Shown: piece after piece, positions 12,879 to 26,585 of the stretch | Layout: each line of letters opens with the position of its first letter | How positions within the stretch are numbered: position 1 is the stretch's first letter | DNA from: Balanoglossus misakiensis | Lineage: Eukaryota; Animalia; Hemichordata | Direction of reading: 5' to 3' | DNA length: 64,000 nt | Assembly (NCBI GenBank): GCA_040954595.2 | Contig: CM082585.2 | Span: 572,814 to 636,813 of the forward strand | Position numbers and translations under genes: made by a program | The notes under the pieces: generated by a model | What the model saw: the letters and a program-made list of their open reading frames with translations, nothing else | Database searches by the model: none | What the model was told of the DNA's origin: nothing

Positions 12879-14075
12879 GGCTTACCAGTAGGGTTATAGA
12901 TACAGTGTATTATATTAACATGCATTAATATGAAACTAAATGTTGATGGTTAATTAAAGACCCCCTTGAGCTATGGTAACCTCATTAAATATGTGCATAT
13001 CTTATTCTAGTGGATGTGGTAACCTGGACATGGACAACTCTGGGGTCAAAATCTTTTGACAAACTTTTGGGTGATCTTGGGTAAACTTTGACCTACATTC
13101 CTATATCTTGGCATCCGGCACAGATACATCCTTGACACTTGGAGTTATGGAACTATGTAATGGAATATTATGTCTTGCCTCATTAATTATGTACATACCT
13201 AATGCCAGCCTAACCAATAGGGCTGGAAGTCTGCCTTTTTTTGGACATGATACATTTGAGATCAACATTTTTCTACAGCAGCCAGCCTTCTCTTAAAAAG
13301 AATGGACAATATAAAGGCTTTGCTGGTATACTGAACTTTTGACTCCCTCCCTGAGACTGTGTGCCAATGACGGGATAGCCTACTCAGCGTTGGGTAGATC
13401 CTAAGAAGGCCTCAGCCAGGTTTCAAATAAAAAGAAAGCGGAAATAGCTTGAATGGTGGGTTACATCGTTAACTTCCCTGCAGAGCTGATTTCTCAGACT
13501 GTGAGCCAATGACGGGTAAAGCCCCTAGGTAGGGGCCACCTAAGACAGGCCGGTCATGCTTTAGTCACAAAGAAGGGCAAGTTCAGTCATACCATAACTT
13601 TGTCTGCTGTATATGCTTCATAATGATTGCATGGTATTTTGAGAATACATTGTCTTAAGGCAGTGTGACCAGCTAAAAAGTACTGGCAAACACAGCCAAT
13701 GTGTAATAAAAAACATCTAATTTGGCTGAATAAAAGACATAAAACACAGCAAAAGCACTGTGACTAGCTGAGACATAATACTCCATTATGCATTTCCATC
13801 ACTCCAAGTGTCAAGGTTGCATCTGCTCTGGATGCCAAGATATAGTAATGTTGGTCAAGGTTTACCCAAAGTCACCCAAAGTTCTGTCAAACAATTTTGA
13901 CGCCAATGTTGTCCATGTTTAGGTTTCTCCCTCCACTGGATAGCCTACAATTAGATATGCAAATATTTAATGACGTTACCATAGATTAAGGCGGTCCTAA
14001 ATTAACCATGAAATTATAGTTTCATGTTAATTCTTGTTATTACAAAACACTGTATCTATAACCCTTCTGGAAGCC
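12879..14075. mobile_element. MITE with ~300-bp imperfect TIRs
   Basis: GGCTTACCAGTAGGGTTATAGATACAGTG... (12879) vs ...CACTGTATCTATAACCCTTCTGGAAGCC (14075). Inverted similarity continues to ~13190/13780. Internal direct repeat at 13351/13493. Confidence 0.75.
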
Positions 14076-14828
14076 ATACTTTGTTTCATGCTACCAAATA
14101 TGTGAAAGTAGGTGAAAAATCAGCCAAGGTTATTTGAAATTTTGCTGAAAAAAATCCGGTCCCTGACATTTGGTAAAGGGGTCAAGACACTTGGCAACAA
14201 CTTTTTGTCCCAGATTAGAACATATTCATAAAAAACTCAGGGAAAGAAGGAAGTTTTTCACAGCTTTGGTGCTTCAAATAGTAGAGAGGTTCCCAAGTTA
14301 TTTCAATGAAACCTTAATGTCAACATTACATCGTTAGACTCGAACTCATCTGGCATAAAGCTGCTAGTTAAAGCCCTAAGGGTTGTGCCACTTTTTCATT
14401 ATTTTCATCTAAGATTTGTCAATCTAAATAAGCTTACTGCTAGGTAAACATCTACATGAACATCTTGTTGACAGACGATTGTGGCTGTAATTTAAAGAAG
14501 TCAGATATTTAACAGGTACCACACCTGTTTAATCTGCCTCTATACAAAGGGTACACATCTATAGTGGTATGCATCACCTAGATATGACAAACATAAGCAC
14601 TACAAGTAATATGGCTTTATGGTGGCAATTTTGAAGGATGTGGAGAAGATTTGAAAAACAATCTTGAGGAAAAAGATGTGTTAAATCTTTGAAATGTGTT
14701 TTATTCTTTGGTTCCCATTTCGTATATGTCTATCTACCACTGGGACCAATGTGAAATTGGTGGAAACTGGTCAAATTGCTTTAGAAATTGGTGTGTATTC
14801 ATTTTGAGACCTCATGGATTTTTTTTCA

Positions 14829-14875
14829 TTTTTAGCTCACGTGAAAATCACGTGAGCTTATGGTTTAGCGATGTC

Positions 14876-14906
<31 letters not shown>

Positions 14907-17183
14907 GTGTGTGTCTGTCTGTATACCCGATATCTCAAGAACGGCTGAACCGATTTCAACCAAATTTAGTACACAGGTTCAGATATCATATGGCAAGAAC
15001 TGAAAAGGTTTTGGTGGGTGTGGCTTTGATATTAATGAAGTTATTTAAGTTTTAATTTTTCTATTACATGGTTGTCTATGTGAGCTTTCGTTAATGCCGC
15101 ATATATGACCAGTGGAAACGATAGTTTGAGGAGATCGACTGTTTGAGGGCGCTGTGAAATGAGACATTCCTGGCGATATTGCCGTGGTTCTGTCCATGCT
15201 CAGACGCTGTACCCGTCGTTACGAATAACTTCCCTACGTGAATCCACAAGGAAGCTAACGTTGTTTAGTTGCTTCATAGAGCGTAAATTGTTAATCTACA
15301 GGACCGTCAGACGAATACTCTTTTCAAATGAAGTTTGAAACTACTTACGAGTAAGTTAGTGGAGACAATATGGCGGATAGTTGGCGTGCAGCCGAATCCG
15401 CGTTATGACTATGACGTGACCCATTCATCAAGACAAACCGTAAATGATTCACGCATATTGTGGTCCTCACGCAGTCAATCTCAAAATGTCACCAGGCTTT
15501 CTATTTGTCTATTGTTTAGAGAAAAATAATGTGGCGGTTGATCACACTCAACAGTAAAATCCGTTTTGTGAGTTTATAGACAGTCTGTTATCGCCAATAC
15601 TATATAGCGATTGCTAGATGGCTTACCCAATATGTGATCGAGCGAGAATGATAACATTGAATGTCTGTTCAGATCTCATTCCGTACGTCATACGTCAACA
15701 TTTCGATTTCGATTTAATCCATTCATAAAGAATTTAGAGAAAGTCGTCTTGAATTGTGACCCCGACTATCAATTTTACGATGATTTTTTGGCGACGGAAT
15801 ACACGAGACGCCATTGCATAACTACGTCAGCTGGACTTCCAAGGTTACCATTTTGTGTGTATGGAATCTTATCACAGAGACTACGTACTTTGACAATATG
15901 CCATGCTATATCAATGACGCCCCAGAAAATTTGTCGAAAAATGAATTTGTCTTCTCATGGTGGTGCAATATATTTTAATGTCTATTTTGAGGTTGATTTT
16001 GGTTTTTGGCTAACATGTATATCAATGTCAACTTATAGCATAAGTTGGTGTCCGTCGTCTATGTATGTCTGTATGTGTGCCTCATACAGAATTATGTATT
16101 TTGCGAATGGATCAGTTTCGTCTAAATGTATTGATGTATGTATGTGTATGTCCATCAACATCAAAAACTTGAAACTACTGATATTTAGTGTGTACATAGA
16201 AATTGGTATTGCGAAAAAATGCATACTGGTATTAACTGGAAAAATGTTCAAATAGTCAAAATTGAAAAACTTAATAACAGCGGATCAGATTCAGTTAAAA
16301 ATTGGCGTGCATTGGTGTGCAAGTACTATGGGAAGACCTCGTATGATTTTGTTCAGGTGGAGTCAGTATCTGGCGTTTGCTATTTTTTATGAATTTTGGA
16401 GGAATTTTCTGCAGTTTTGTTAAAAAAAATTCTTCTCTGAAATTACATGTCCAATTGATTGGAAACTTGGTATGGAGGTTCATAGGGCTTACCTGAATCA
16501 CATTTGTGCAAACGGTGGTGAAATTTGCAAAAATGCATTTTTGGGCAATATTTCCTGTTTTTGTCAAAAAATCAAATCCCGTGAAACTGTAAGTGCAATT
16601 GTTTTGATACTTTGTATTTGGGTTTCTAGGGGTGATCTCAGTCAGATATGATCAAATTGTAAAGAAATTTGCATAATTGTATTTTTTGGGAATTCTGCAG
16701 GGTTTGGCCAAATAGTCTTCAGTAAAACCACAAGTCCAATTGATTGGAAACTTTGAATGGGAATTCATATATGTGATATCAGTCAGATTTGTCTGAATTA
16801 CCTGTTGTTTGCCAAAATGTCTTCCTTATTGAAACTTGTTAAAGAGGTTCTTAGGCATGAACAGAAATCAGATTTGTTGAAATCTGGTGAAATATTCATA
16901 CTTTTTGGTATATTTCTTGCCATTTTTGATCAACGAGTTTTAGAATTCCATAGACTTATCTTTTTATGCAGTTCAGGATGGGGTACATGACTCATAACCA
17001 CTTACAAAAATTGACAAGGCAACAATTCCACAAACATGTTTACATTTCACAATGGTGCAACACACAACCCTTACACCATATACACTATAAACCAACTTGG
17101 TTTAACATTGGTTTTTCTAATCTTGTTATTCTGTCAACCAATCACAGTACTGCACGTGAGCATATTCAGTTAATATCTGGTTT
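14829..17183 (+). mobile_element. Helentron-associated (HINE/DINE-1-like) non-autonomous element, with a nested second head at ~16030
   Basis: T-run followed by the hairpin AGCTCACGTG-aaaat-CACGTGAGCT, then a (TG)/(TATG)/(TCTG) microsatellite and degenerate core repeats. A 3' inverted copy CACGTGAGC lies at ~17153. Confidence 0.6.
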
Positions 17184-17789
17184 GAAGTATATTTTTGGGG
17201 TGATTTTGGTCAAATACTCAAAAACCTCTACTCACAGTTCTTTGAAATTTGGTTTGCAGGTTCCTAGGTGTGTTATCACGACATTTTAACAAATCCTATG
17301 ATGGAAGTGTCAATATAGTTTTTGTGGACAATTTTTGCCATTTTTGTTTGATTGCTTTGCAATTTTTTGTTTTGCAGTTTCCAGGGGATTTTTTTACTGT
17401 GATATATCATAAATGTTCTGAAAATGAAATTATTGTATTTTGGGGGCATAAAAAAATTCTCAGAAAGTGCATGGTTGATCACTTTAAAAGTTTAGTTGTG
17501 AGTTAATGATATGTGCTTCTTTAGAATGATAATTGAATCAAATCATAGCTGAATTAGTTTTTTTGTTTATTTTGTTTGATATTTTTTCCTTATACCTCAA
17601 AAATTGTTATTATAAAAGGGAAATTACCATTACATAGTTGTTTGCAATTAAGGAGGACCCCCTCCCCCACTGAAAATCGTATACACCTTGATCTCTCTAT
17701 GTCTGTATTCATGTCTGTATGTATGTTTTACAAATGTATGCTCCCAATAAGAGTGAAATGATTTTTTTTATCGTAATACTTCTAAAGTG

Positions 17790-19330
17790 ATTATTTCCTA
17801 TGAGATATGCAGTCTTATTACCTAATCGTTTCTGAAATTCTACCTCATGCTGTGTATGAAAAGTCTAATATATGTCATTGTCAAGATCCCCAAAACAGGC
17901 TGATATAGTATCACATAACATTTGATAAAAGTATCTCAAACAGTGTGGCAATTTTGGTATACAGAAAAAAAACACTAGAATGACAACAGCTACATGTATG
18001 TAGGCTAGCAATAGGAACACAGATAACAATTCTCCATATTCATTTTTAAATACGATAAGATTCGCTGAAATTGGCACATCTGTGTGCAGGCAAAGTCAGT
18101 TCCAACTCGGCTTGCAAATCGGACCAATGTCTCTTGTTCGCTGAGACTGTATGGTTCTAGTAATAGCTGTAAGAACTTGATCATTGACCAAACTCTTGGT
18201 TCAATTTTGCAACATTTTATGATTTCAAGCTGTACATATTTAACTCCGTTTCAACTATGGTTGGAGGGATAATAATGGAGCCATTTCACTGACAAAATAG
18301 CGCTTAGGGACCATTCAGTTTTTACGGTGGGGGGAGGCTGGCAAAATCCAGGGGGTCACTTAAATTTTGAAATCCAAAAGAGGGAGTCATCTTTTTTTCA
18401 AACGTTTAGGGGGGAAGTCATATACATGTACCCACCGATGCTAAGTTTGAGTGGAGTGGCAACAGTAAAATTGGTCCTTTCAAACATTGAGATAATTTGC
18501 TTTTGACTTCATTAAAATGCAACTTTGAGCTACATATTTTACAAAGTTTTCTTATGTGGAAGGGGGACATCCCCTCCCACACCCATCCCCTTATTTCTTC
18601 GCCACATATAGTGTACCAGGGCAGAATACTTGCCATCCCACCCCCACTGATGTTAACTTTGAGTGGCAAAAGTCAAATTTGTCCTCCCCAACATTAAGTT
18701 AATTTGCCTTTGAGTTCATTAAAATGCATTAATTGTATTTTACAAAATTGTCCTACGTACACCCACCCCTTCCACTTTTCTTGTTTTACCAATTCTACCA
18801 ACTATTGTATTGACGTGTCCTTTTAATTTATCCATAGACCTTCTTTATTGCAACGCTATACTATTATACACTTCAAATTATAAATTTCTTTAAGAAATTT
18901 AGAATTGAGGTGTGAGGAGACCCTTTACCTTTATTGCATACAGTCAGTGTACATAAGATAAGGATGGCGAATGTTTTCGGGGTGGGAGGAGGGTCATCAT
19001 ATTTTGGTCCTGTCAAAGGGGGGGGGGGTCATCATTTTTTTGGTCCTGGTTGAAGGGGGTGTCGGCCTGATTTTGAAAACCAATGACACAAACTTTTGCC
19101 CCCCCCTCCACCAAAACTGAACAGTCCCTTACTAAAGGACGTCAATGTCTGTTTACAGTCAAATGCATTGCCATCAGAAAAAAAATGCAAACAATTTCTT
19201 ATGTTTGTAGTATGCACTTTTTGTATATCTGTAAACTGTGTCTCAGTTGTGAAATTCTAAGGAAATTTGTTCCTTGGGTAGAATAAAGGATTCTTAAACA
19301 AACTTAGTCACGAAAGCTAAATGGTTACCT
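17790..19330 (+). repeat. Third copy of the dispersed repeat that forms part of the inverted-repeat arms (similar to ~1830-2370), interrupted by a MITE
   Basis: Shared blocks ctagaatgacaacagcta, ctgagactgt..ggttcta.taatagctgtaagaac and ttcttaaacaaacttagtca. A further fragment lies at ~26190-26345. Confidence 0.8.
18307..19128. mobile_element. PIF/Harbinger-like MITE
   Basis: TIR GGGACCATTCAGTTTT / AAAACTGAACAGTCCC with TTA on both flanks. Absent from the homologous site near 2168. Confidence 0.75.
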
Positions 19331-20097
19331 CAGAGAAACTGTGTTAAATTTGGTCATCATTGTTTTAAATCACACAAGACATTCCCACAGCTAAGTTACT
19401 GCAGCAGTCAGTTTCAACTCAGCTTACAAATTGGGATCATGTCTTGTGTTCATCGAGACTGTCAGTAGTCGAGTTGACAGTCACTACAACTGTATTGCAA
19501 ATATGGCAGGGTTGGGCAACTCTTCTAATTTGCATTTGAACACCTTTTCTGTTTGCGTCAAAATGATGAATAATGTTTCGTTTTCAAGAATGCCTTAATA
19601 TGGGCACCCAAAACAAGACAACTGCATTGCAAATGGCATTTTCATTCAACTCTCCTGGGTACCTAAAACAATTTCAACATGGTTGACATGGCAATATTAG
19701 ACAACTGTTCTAATTTGCATAATCCAAAATGGCCGCCAAATTTCTCTAACATGTTAATTTCCCATATTTGTCTTAAATGGTGTGTAATATCGAATTTGCA
19801 GGGTTTTCATTAATATGGGTACCTAAAACAATTTCAACATGGTTGACATGGCAATATTAGACAACTGCTCTAATTTGCATAATTCAAACACCTGCTGGAT
19901 AATTTAACTGTTGCCATTCTTGTCCCATGATTGTATGTATTATAGGGAGAGAGGGCGCTTCGTTGATGCACCATCGGCTACGTGTCACTCCTGTTCTGCA
20001 CGAAGTTTTTGTCCGGTTGAAAACAGTCTTTACCACCCAAACTTCTTCTGGACTTTTGTAAGTACTTTGTCATACGTCTCACGGAACTGCCTCAATC

Positions 20098-21037
20098 ATG
20101 GGCATCTCGTTGGAGGCTTATCGAGCAAGAATTGGTGGCTTTACTGGTACTCAGAAAACAACATGGAGTCCTTTTGTCTTACTTCTGCATACTAATTACG
20201 CAGGACCGGCCACGTCTCTCCGGCTCATTCTCATGCTATTGTTCATGAGTGGCAACGTAGAACTAAACCCCGGACCTGATACACGGTCACAAATTACAAG
20301 AAGTGACGTAGATACAATTATAAGTTCATTATCGGAACTAAAAAAACGACTCCAAAGAACTGAAACGCCGTTTCGCTGCCTTAGAAACTCGCATGGATAA
20401 TATTGAAGACACGCTACATGCCATACGTGAGACCACAATTGCAAATGCGCAGCGAATTGATGCTGTTGAACACTCACTGGATGGAATTAAGGAATGTACG
20501 GACGAGTTTAAAGAACTAAAGAAGGAAGTAAAAACACTACGAAAGCAAGGAGATGACAGAGACAATAGAAGCCGGAGATGTAATCTTGTATTCCGAGGCA
20601 TTGCTCAAGAAGACACCCGCGAAGATTGGGAGACCTCCGAGAATATTGTGAAAGATCTGATCAAAGACAAACTAGGCATAGCCAAGGACATAATATTCGA
20701 ACGAGTGCATAGAATTGCAGGTACCTCAGTCCGTGGAGCACCCTTGATTGTTGCCATGTTCTCGTTCTTTAAAGACAAGGATCTTGTACTACGCAGTGCC
20801 TACAAACTGAAAGGAACGTCGATCAGTATAGACGAAGACTTCTCACCAAGAATGAGGACAATCCGGAACAAGTTGTTGGTCAAGAGGCGAGAAGTTCTCA
20901 CTCTGGACGGGACGGCGAAAGCAAGATTGAGTTATGACAAACTTATTGTCACCACCGAACATGGTAAGAATGTATACACCTACGACGAAGTGAGTCGCGC
21001 GTATAGAGACATTTCTGAAGAAAGCCACCGAGCATAG
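20098..21037 (+). pseudogene. LINE ORF1 (2A-like leader, coiled coil, L1-type RRM/CTD) with one frameshift near 20350-20390
   Basis: MGISLEAYRARIGGF...SGNVELNPGP, then DNRSRRCNLVFRGI, FERVHRI and LKGTSISIDEDFS, which are typical ORF1p motifs. Confidence 0.85.
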
Positions 21038-24000
21038 GAATTTGGCCGGGCCCACCATCACAAAAAATCGCTAGCTATTCTCTCATGGAATGTTCAAGGC
21101 TTACGCAAACACTTGAAGAATACAGACTTCATAGAACTTTTAAATAAATACCCTGTAATATGTCTAAATGAAACCTGGGCAAAATTTGAAAGTGAATTTG
21201 ATAATGCAGTGGTTGGGTATAAATGTTTTTCTACATTTAATGCTAAACATAGTCGTTTTGGGAGACACTCCGGTGGCGCATCAATTTTCATTATTGATCA
21301 CTTAGCTCCATACGTTAAAAGAGTGCTTAAGCACTCTAAAAATGCTGTTTTGGTTATCTTTGATAAAACTGTTTTTGGTCTGGATAGAGATGTTTTGTTG
21401 TGTGCAGTATACGTGCCTCCAGAAAGTTCATCAATATATTTACATGAGTCGCTGGATGGCATTGAAAACATTGAGCATATCATTGCCGAAGCATATGCCA
21501 AGTTCAATAATTTTTATTTAATAGTAGCTGGCGATTTTAACGCCCGCACTGGTGATTTACATGATTATATAGTACAAGACAATGACGTGTATTTACAACT
21601 GGGCTATGAACCTGACATCTTTGATTTACCACGTAGTTCGAAGGATAAACGTGTCAATTTATTTGGAAGGCAGCTGTTAGAACTATGTAAACAAGTTGAT
21701 TTGCATATTGTGAATGGACGCTTCCCTGGTGACAGAGAAGGCAATTACACCTGTATTTCAAACAATGGGGCTAGCGTTATAGATTATGTAATCTTGTCTT
21801 CAGAAATGTTTTCACTTGTTGAAGATTTTTCAAGTGTACCCATTGATATATCTGACCATTTTCCTATTTGTTGTAAATTTACTGACATTCAGTACACTGT
21901 ACCAGAAAAAAATTGATTTTGTGTGCAATACTCAACCTAGGCAACGCTTCAAATGGAATCCTACGTACTCAGACGTGTTCCAGCTGAAAATGGAAGATCG
22001 CCATGTGTGTCAACTTCTTACAAGTGTGTGCGACCATATTGCAAATGACAGTTCTGATCTAGCTATTCAGACCATAAGTGACATCTTCGATTATGCGGCC
22101 TCAGAAATGAAAGTCAAGAACAAATCTGGCACTCGTCATCGTGCACAATCCGTTTGGTGGGATGCAGACTGTGGACGCACCAAAAATGAAAAGTATAGAC
22201 TCCTTAATATATTCAGACTTACGAATAGTAATAATGATTTGTGTTTATATCATATCGCAAAGAACAAATTTAAAGCCATTTGCAAGCAGAAGAAATTGTT
22301 GTTTCAGCAGAAACAAAAACGTGAACTGTTGGGGGCGAGGAACGACCCAATCAAGTTTTGGGGGTATTTACGCAATCTGAGACGTACTGTTTCGTCTAAT
22401 GTTGTTATTTCAACAGATCAGTGGCACAACCATTTTCGCTCACTGCTTAACAGTTCAAATTGCGCTAATACAGACACTGCTTTCCATGAAGCAGTCGCTG
22501 ACAGAATGGAAATTCATGATCAGCATTGTATAGACTGTCTTGAAAATGTTCCCCATGACCTTAATGCAGTTATTTCTATGAGGGAAATTGAGAAAGCTAT
22601 CAGCTGCATGCCAAATGGAAAATCACCTGGTCATGACGGTCTTGTCATTGAATTACTTAAGTAAAGCTGGCCACGTTTAAGCAGTGTTTTACATCTTTTA
22701 TTCAACAACATTTTCTCTAATGGTAGCTTCCCAATCAGTTGGAGTAAAGCCATTATTGCACCACTTCACAAAAAGGGAAGTTTAAGTGATGTAAATAATT
22801 ATAGAGGCATTTCCCTGCTTTCTGTACTTAGTAAAATTTTTACCAAAACTTTGAACTTTCGTTTGCAAAAATGGTGCCAACAAAATAAAATTATTTCAGA
22901 AGCCCAGGCCGGCTTTCGGCATGGCTATAGTACCATCGATAATATTTTCACCCTCCAAGCCATTGTAGCAAAACATTTGACTGTGCGAAAAGGAAGATTT
23001 TATTGTATTTTCATAGACTTTTCAAAGGCCTTTGATTCTGTTCAGCATGACTTACTGTGGGATAAATTGATTAGATATGGCATTCATGGAAATTTTCTTT
23101 CTGTTTTAAGATCAATGTATAGTAACTTACAATCTTGTGTAAATACTTCAGTCGGTTTAACCGATTATTTTGAGTGTACCATTGGAACACGTCAAGGATT
23201 ATGCTAAGCCCTACATTGTTCACCTTATTCATTAATGATCTTGTTGAGTATTCAAATAAGTTTGGTTGCGAAGGTGTGTATATAGATGAGGAAGCCAAGA
23301 ACCTCAATATTCTGATGTACGCAGACGATATTGCTGAAGGTTCGGATGTTGCCATTCGCACCCAGAGACAAATTGATCAGCTTAAGCGTTTGTGTTCTCA
23401 TTGGGGGTTGAGTGTTAACTTAAATAAGACTCAAATTATAGTGTTCCGTAGAGGAGGTCCCCTTAAAAATAACGAAAAATGGTTCCTGGGTAACAGACAA
23501 ATTGAAGTTGTTCCATATTACAAATATTTAGGTTTGGTTTTCTCGTCCAGACTTAGTTGGAGCCCAACTAAGAGAAATCAAGCCTCACAAGGAAGAAAAG
23601 CTATGTTTCAATTGAAAACTGTATTGAGAAGGCTGGGTGGACTGTCATTGTCCGATTCTTTTAAACTTTTTGACACTTATGTCACTCCAATTCTCTTGTA
23701 TGGCAGCGAAATTTGGGGCTGGGAGCATTCTCCTCAGGTCGAACAAGTTCATTATCAGTTTTGTAAATTTCTTTTAAATGTAAGCAGAAAAACAAATGAT
23801 TTAGCTGCAACTGGTGAATGTGGTAGATTTTCACTAAGTGTAATGTATTTTAAAAGTTGTGTGAAGTATTGGTTAAAGATTTTGCAGATGGACTCTAGCA
23901 GATATCCTTATAAATGCTATGTAATGTTGTGTAGATTATCCGAAGAACGTGGTATAACATCAATTAACTGGGCCTTTAATATCAAAACCCTACTTTGTCA

Positions 24001-24460
24001 ATTTGGATTTGGCCATGTATGGTTAAACCAGGGTGTCGGTTCCACAAGTTTGTTTTTATCTGTCTTTACACAGAGACTTGAAGATTGCGCCAGGCAGAAC
24101 TGGTATGAAGGGATACATTCATCTCCAAAGTTACGCACGTATCACACATTCAAATCAATGCTTGAACCAGAAACATATCTCAGTAGTATCAATATTCTTA
24201 AATTCAGAAATGCTTTATCCAGATTCCGCTGCTCTTCACATGCCCTGGAAATCGAGAAAGGTCGCCACGAAAATATTCCCCTAGATGAAAGGCTCTGTAA
24301 ATTTTGTTTGAAGAACAACAATCATTGTATTGAAGATGAATTTCATTTTATTTCCATTTGTCCAATGTATATTAACCTTCGAAAGGAAATGCTGCCAAAC
24401 TGGCTTTATGTAAATCCTTCATTTGATAAGTTTACATATCTGTTGAGAACAAAAATGTGA
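21038..24460 (+). pseudogene. LINE ORF2 (APE endonuclease plus reverse transcriptase), disrupted
   Basis: APE motifs SWNVQG, LNETW, GDFNAR, IDY and SDH. RT motifs KSPGHDG, QAGFR, FIDFSKAFDSV, GTRQG and YADD (~23317). C-terminal RFRCSSH..CKFC..EDEFHF..CP. Frameshifts at ~21910 and ~23195, and an in-frame TAA at 22662. Confidence 0.92.
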
Positions 24461-26585
24461 CATATTTAAATAATTTAGCATCCTTTATTTATTGTGCAAT
24501 GAAAACACGAGAGGAGTTCCTCTCTCTCAGCTGACTTCACATGTAAATTATTTGCTCTATGGGCCTGTGGCCTTATTGTATGTTAATAAATCATATCATA
24601 TCTTATATCTCATAACAGGCAATTAAGTGTGCTAATTGTCAAGCCAATCTTAATTCTTCATCTGCACCACAAATCAGATGCAAGGTTTAGGACTGGGAGT
24701 GTATGTGGGAGCAGCATATAGGGGCCTACAGGTATCTTTAATGGCAAGTCCTCGGTTAAAGCCAGAAGGTTTTCAGGTTGTAGGCCTCTATTGTATCTGC
24801 AACAGTTTCTATCACCTCCATCCCACTGGCCGGCACCCGAGGGGGGGGGGGGGGGGGGTACTTCAATTTTTTTCGGATGGTAGTCTGTCGCCCCAGTCGA
24901 TAACATCAACACGTGTAAATGCCCAAAACCCGACCTATTCGTATTATAAGTCAAATTTTCTGGTCATTTACCCCAAGTTTTTCTTAAAGACTACATACCT
25001 ATACACCTTTGTATGGGAGAACACATCCCCCACCCCCCTGCCAACACTAATTGGACAACTTTATTCTTGTTATACTTCTTTATAAGTCTAAATGTTCAGT
25101 AAGAAAAGGCAACAAGTTATTGAAGCTGCTGACCATGGAAACTATGATGAAGTATATTTTTTCCTAGCTGTACATGTACAGTATAATTGGCCCAATGTAC
25201 CAATTGGAGATGTGTGCCTTACAAGCAACACAGGTTGTATATCCAAGCCTTGTCTGTTGGCACTATGAAGGGTATTGGAAGAATGTCTCTGCTGGCCACT
25301 TTGGCCAGCTACTTTTGGCCAGCAGACTATCAAAAGGGTCAAGAAAATAGCCCTAAAAGGGATGGCACTGTATGCAAATCTAGTGCAGGAGTGGATTGAT
25401 ACATTTCCCATCACTGTACATGCATCATCCTGTATGGATGATATGTACTCTAGCATTATGCACCAGATAAAAATGGTCAAAATTGCAAAAAAAGGAGATG
25501 AAACTCCCACTGGCCTTTAACGCAATCCATAGATAAAGAGACAACATGTTCAGGCATTGGATCTAAACATGGTGGATACTGACGAGGGTGTGGTGAATGA
25601 TGGTGAATCCCTGGATGTTTTGAGGTCGGAATTCTGAAAAGGATTCCCATCGTGAGATTGAGGAACAGGATGATGCAGAGGGGCTGGCTCTTTGTGACTC
25701 CTATCAGTGGGGATAGACATATATTTGGGATACAGAGGTTGCACTTCCTTGCTTCATGATTAGTACGGTAACACTGCCAAATTTGCAACACAGTTGTATT
25801 GTTAAAGGTACCCATATGAATGTGCTAATCCTGAAAATACGATATTGCGCATCATTTTGGGAAACATGGCAAAATTTCACTTTTAGTGGTGATTGGCGGC
25901 CATTTTTGATTATGCAAAATAGAAAAGTTGCCAAACACTGCCATATTTGCAATACATAACCAATATGGATGCAAATCCTGAAATTTTAGATATTACACAT
26001 AATTTTGAGAAAAAAGGGCCAAGTTTTATTTTAGAGAAGGTATTTGGCGGCCATTTTTGATCATGCATATTAGAAGAATTGTCCAACATTGCCATTTTGG
26101 CAACTCAGCTGGAATAGGTCTAGGCTCCCATATGAATGCCAATAAGCAAAAAACTTCATAGGAAAGAAAATTTCTAGGTAGGAAAATTTTGACTCAACTT
26201 CTGGTTCTAATAATAGGTGTAAGGATGTGATCGTTTGATTTTGCAACATTTTACAATTTCAAGCTGTGTGTATTTAACTCTGGTGCAATTCTGGTTGGAG
26301 AGGCAAATGGCTTAAGCCATTTAATTGAAAATATAGCACTACTTCACCAGGGTTGTGCAGTACCTTTGACAACGCTTTGAACAATGTTGCAAAAAGCTTT
26401 GTGTTGAAGCTTGCTACAAGACTTGGCGTGCTGAAGCCTCTTATACTAGTCTTAGTTGAACCTCAGCTGTAACTACGTTTGTGAAACCTTAACATTCAAA
26501 TCTTTGGCCAAAGTTAGGGTTGCAAAGCTTCTTCAAAGTTTTGTGAACCTCAACAATGCTTTTCTATAGAAACCTTTAAACATGC

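Larger units (their letters stand above)
19945..24614 (+). mobile_element. Near full-length non-LTR retrotransposon of the CR1/L2 group (Daphne/Crack-like), inactivated
   Basis: ORF1, APE, RT and a C-terminal Cys/His region are present. AATAAA at ~24585 is followed by a (TCATA/TCTTA)n tail. The 5' end is approximate and no TSD was found. Confidence 0.9.

Noticed and set aside
19657-19888. ~70-bp direct repeat as the LINE target-site duplication
   Set aside because: Both copies lie upstream of the LINE and are subrepeats of an older element.
25100-25800. Degraded coding-like stretch (WPATFGQQTIKRVKKIALKGMALYANLVQEW...)
   Set aside because: It has multiple stops and frameshifts and no family I can recognise. 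BLASTx is needed.
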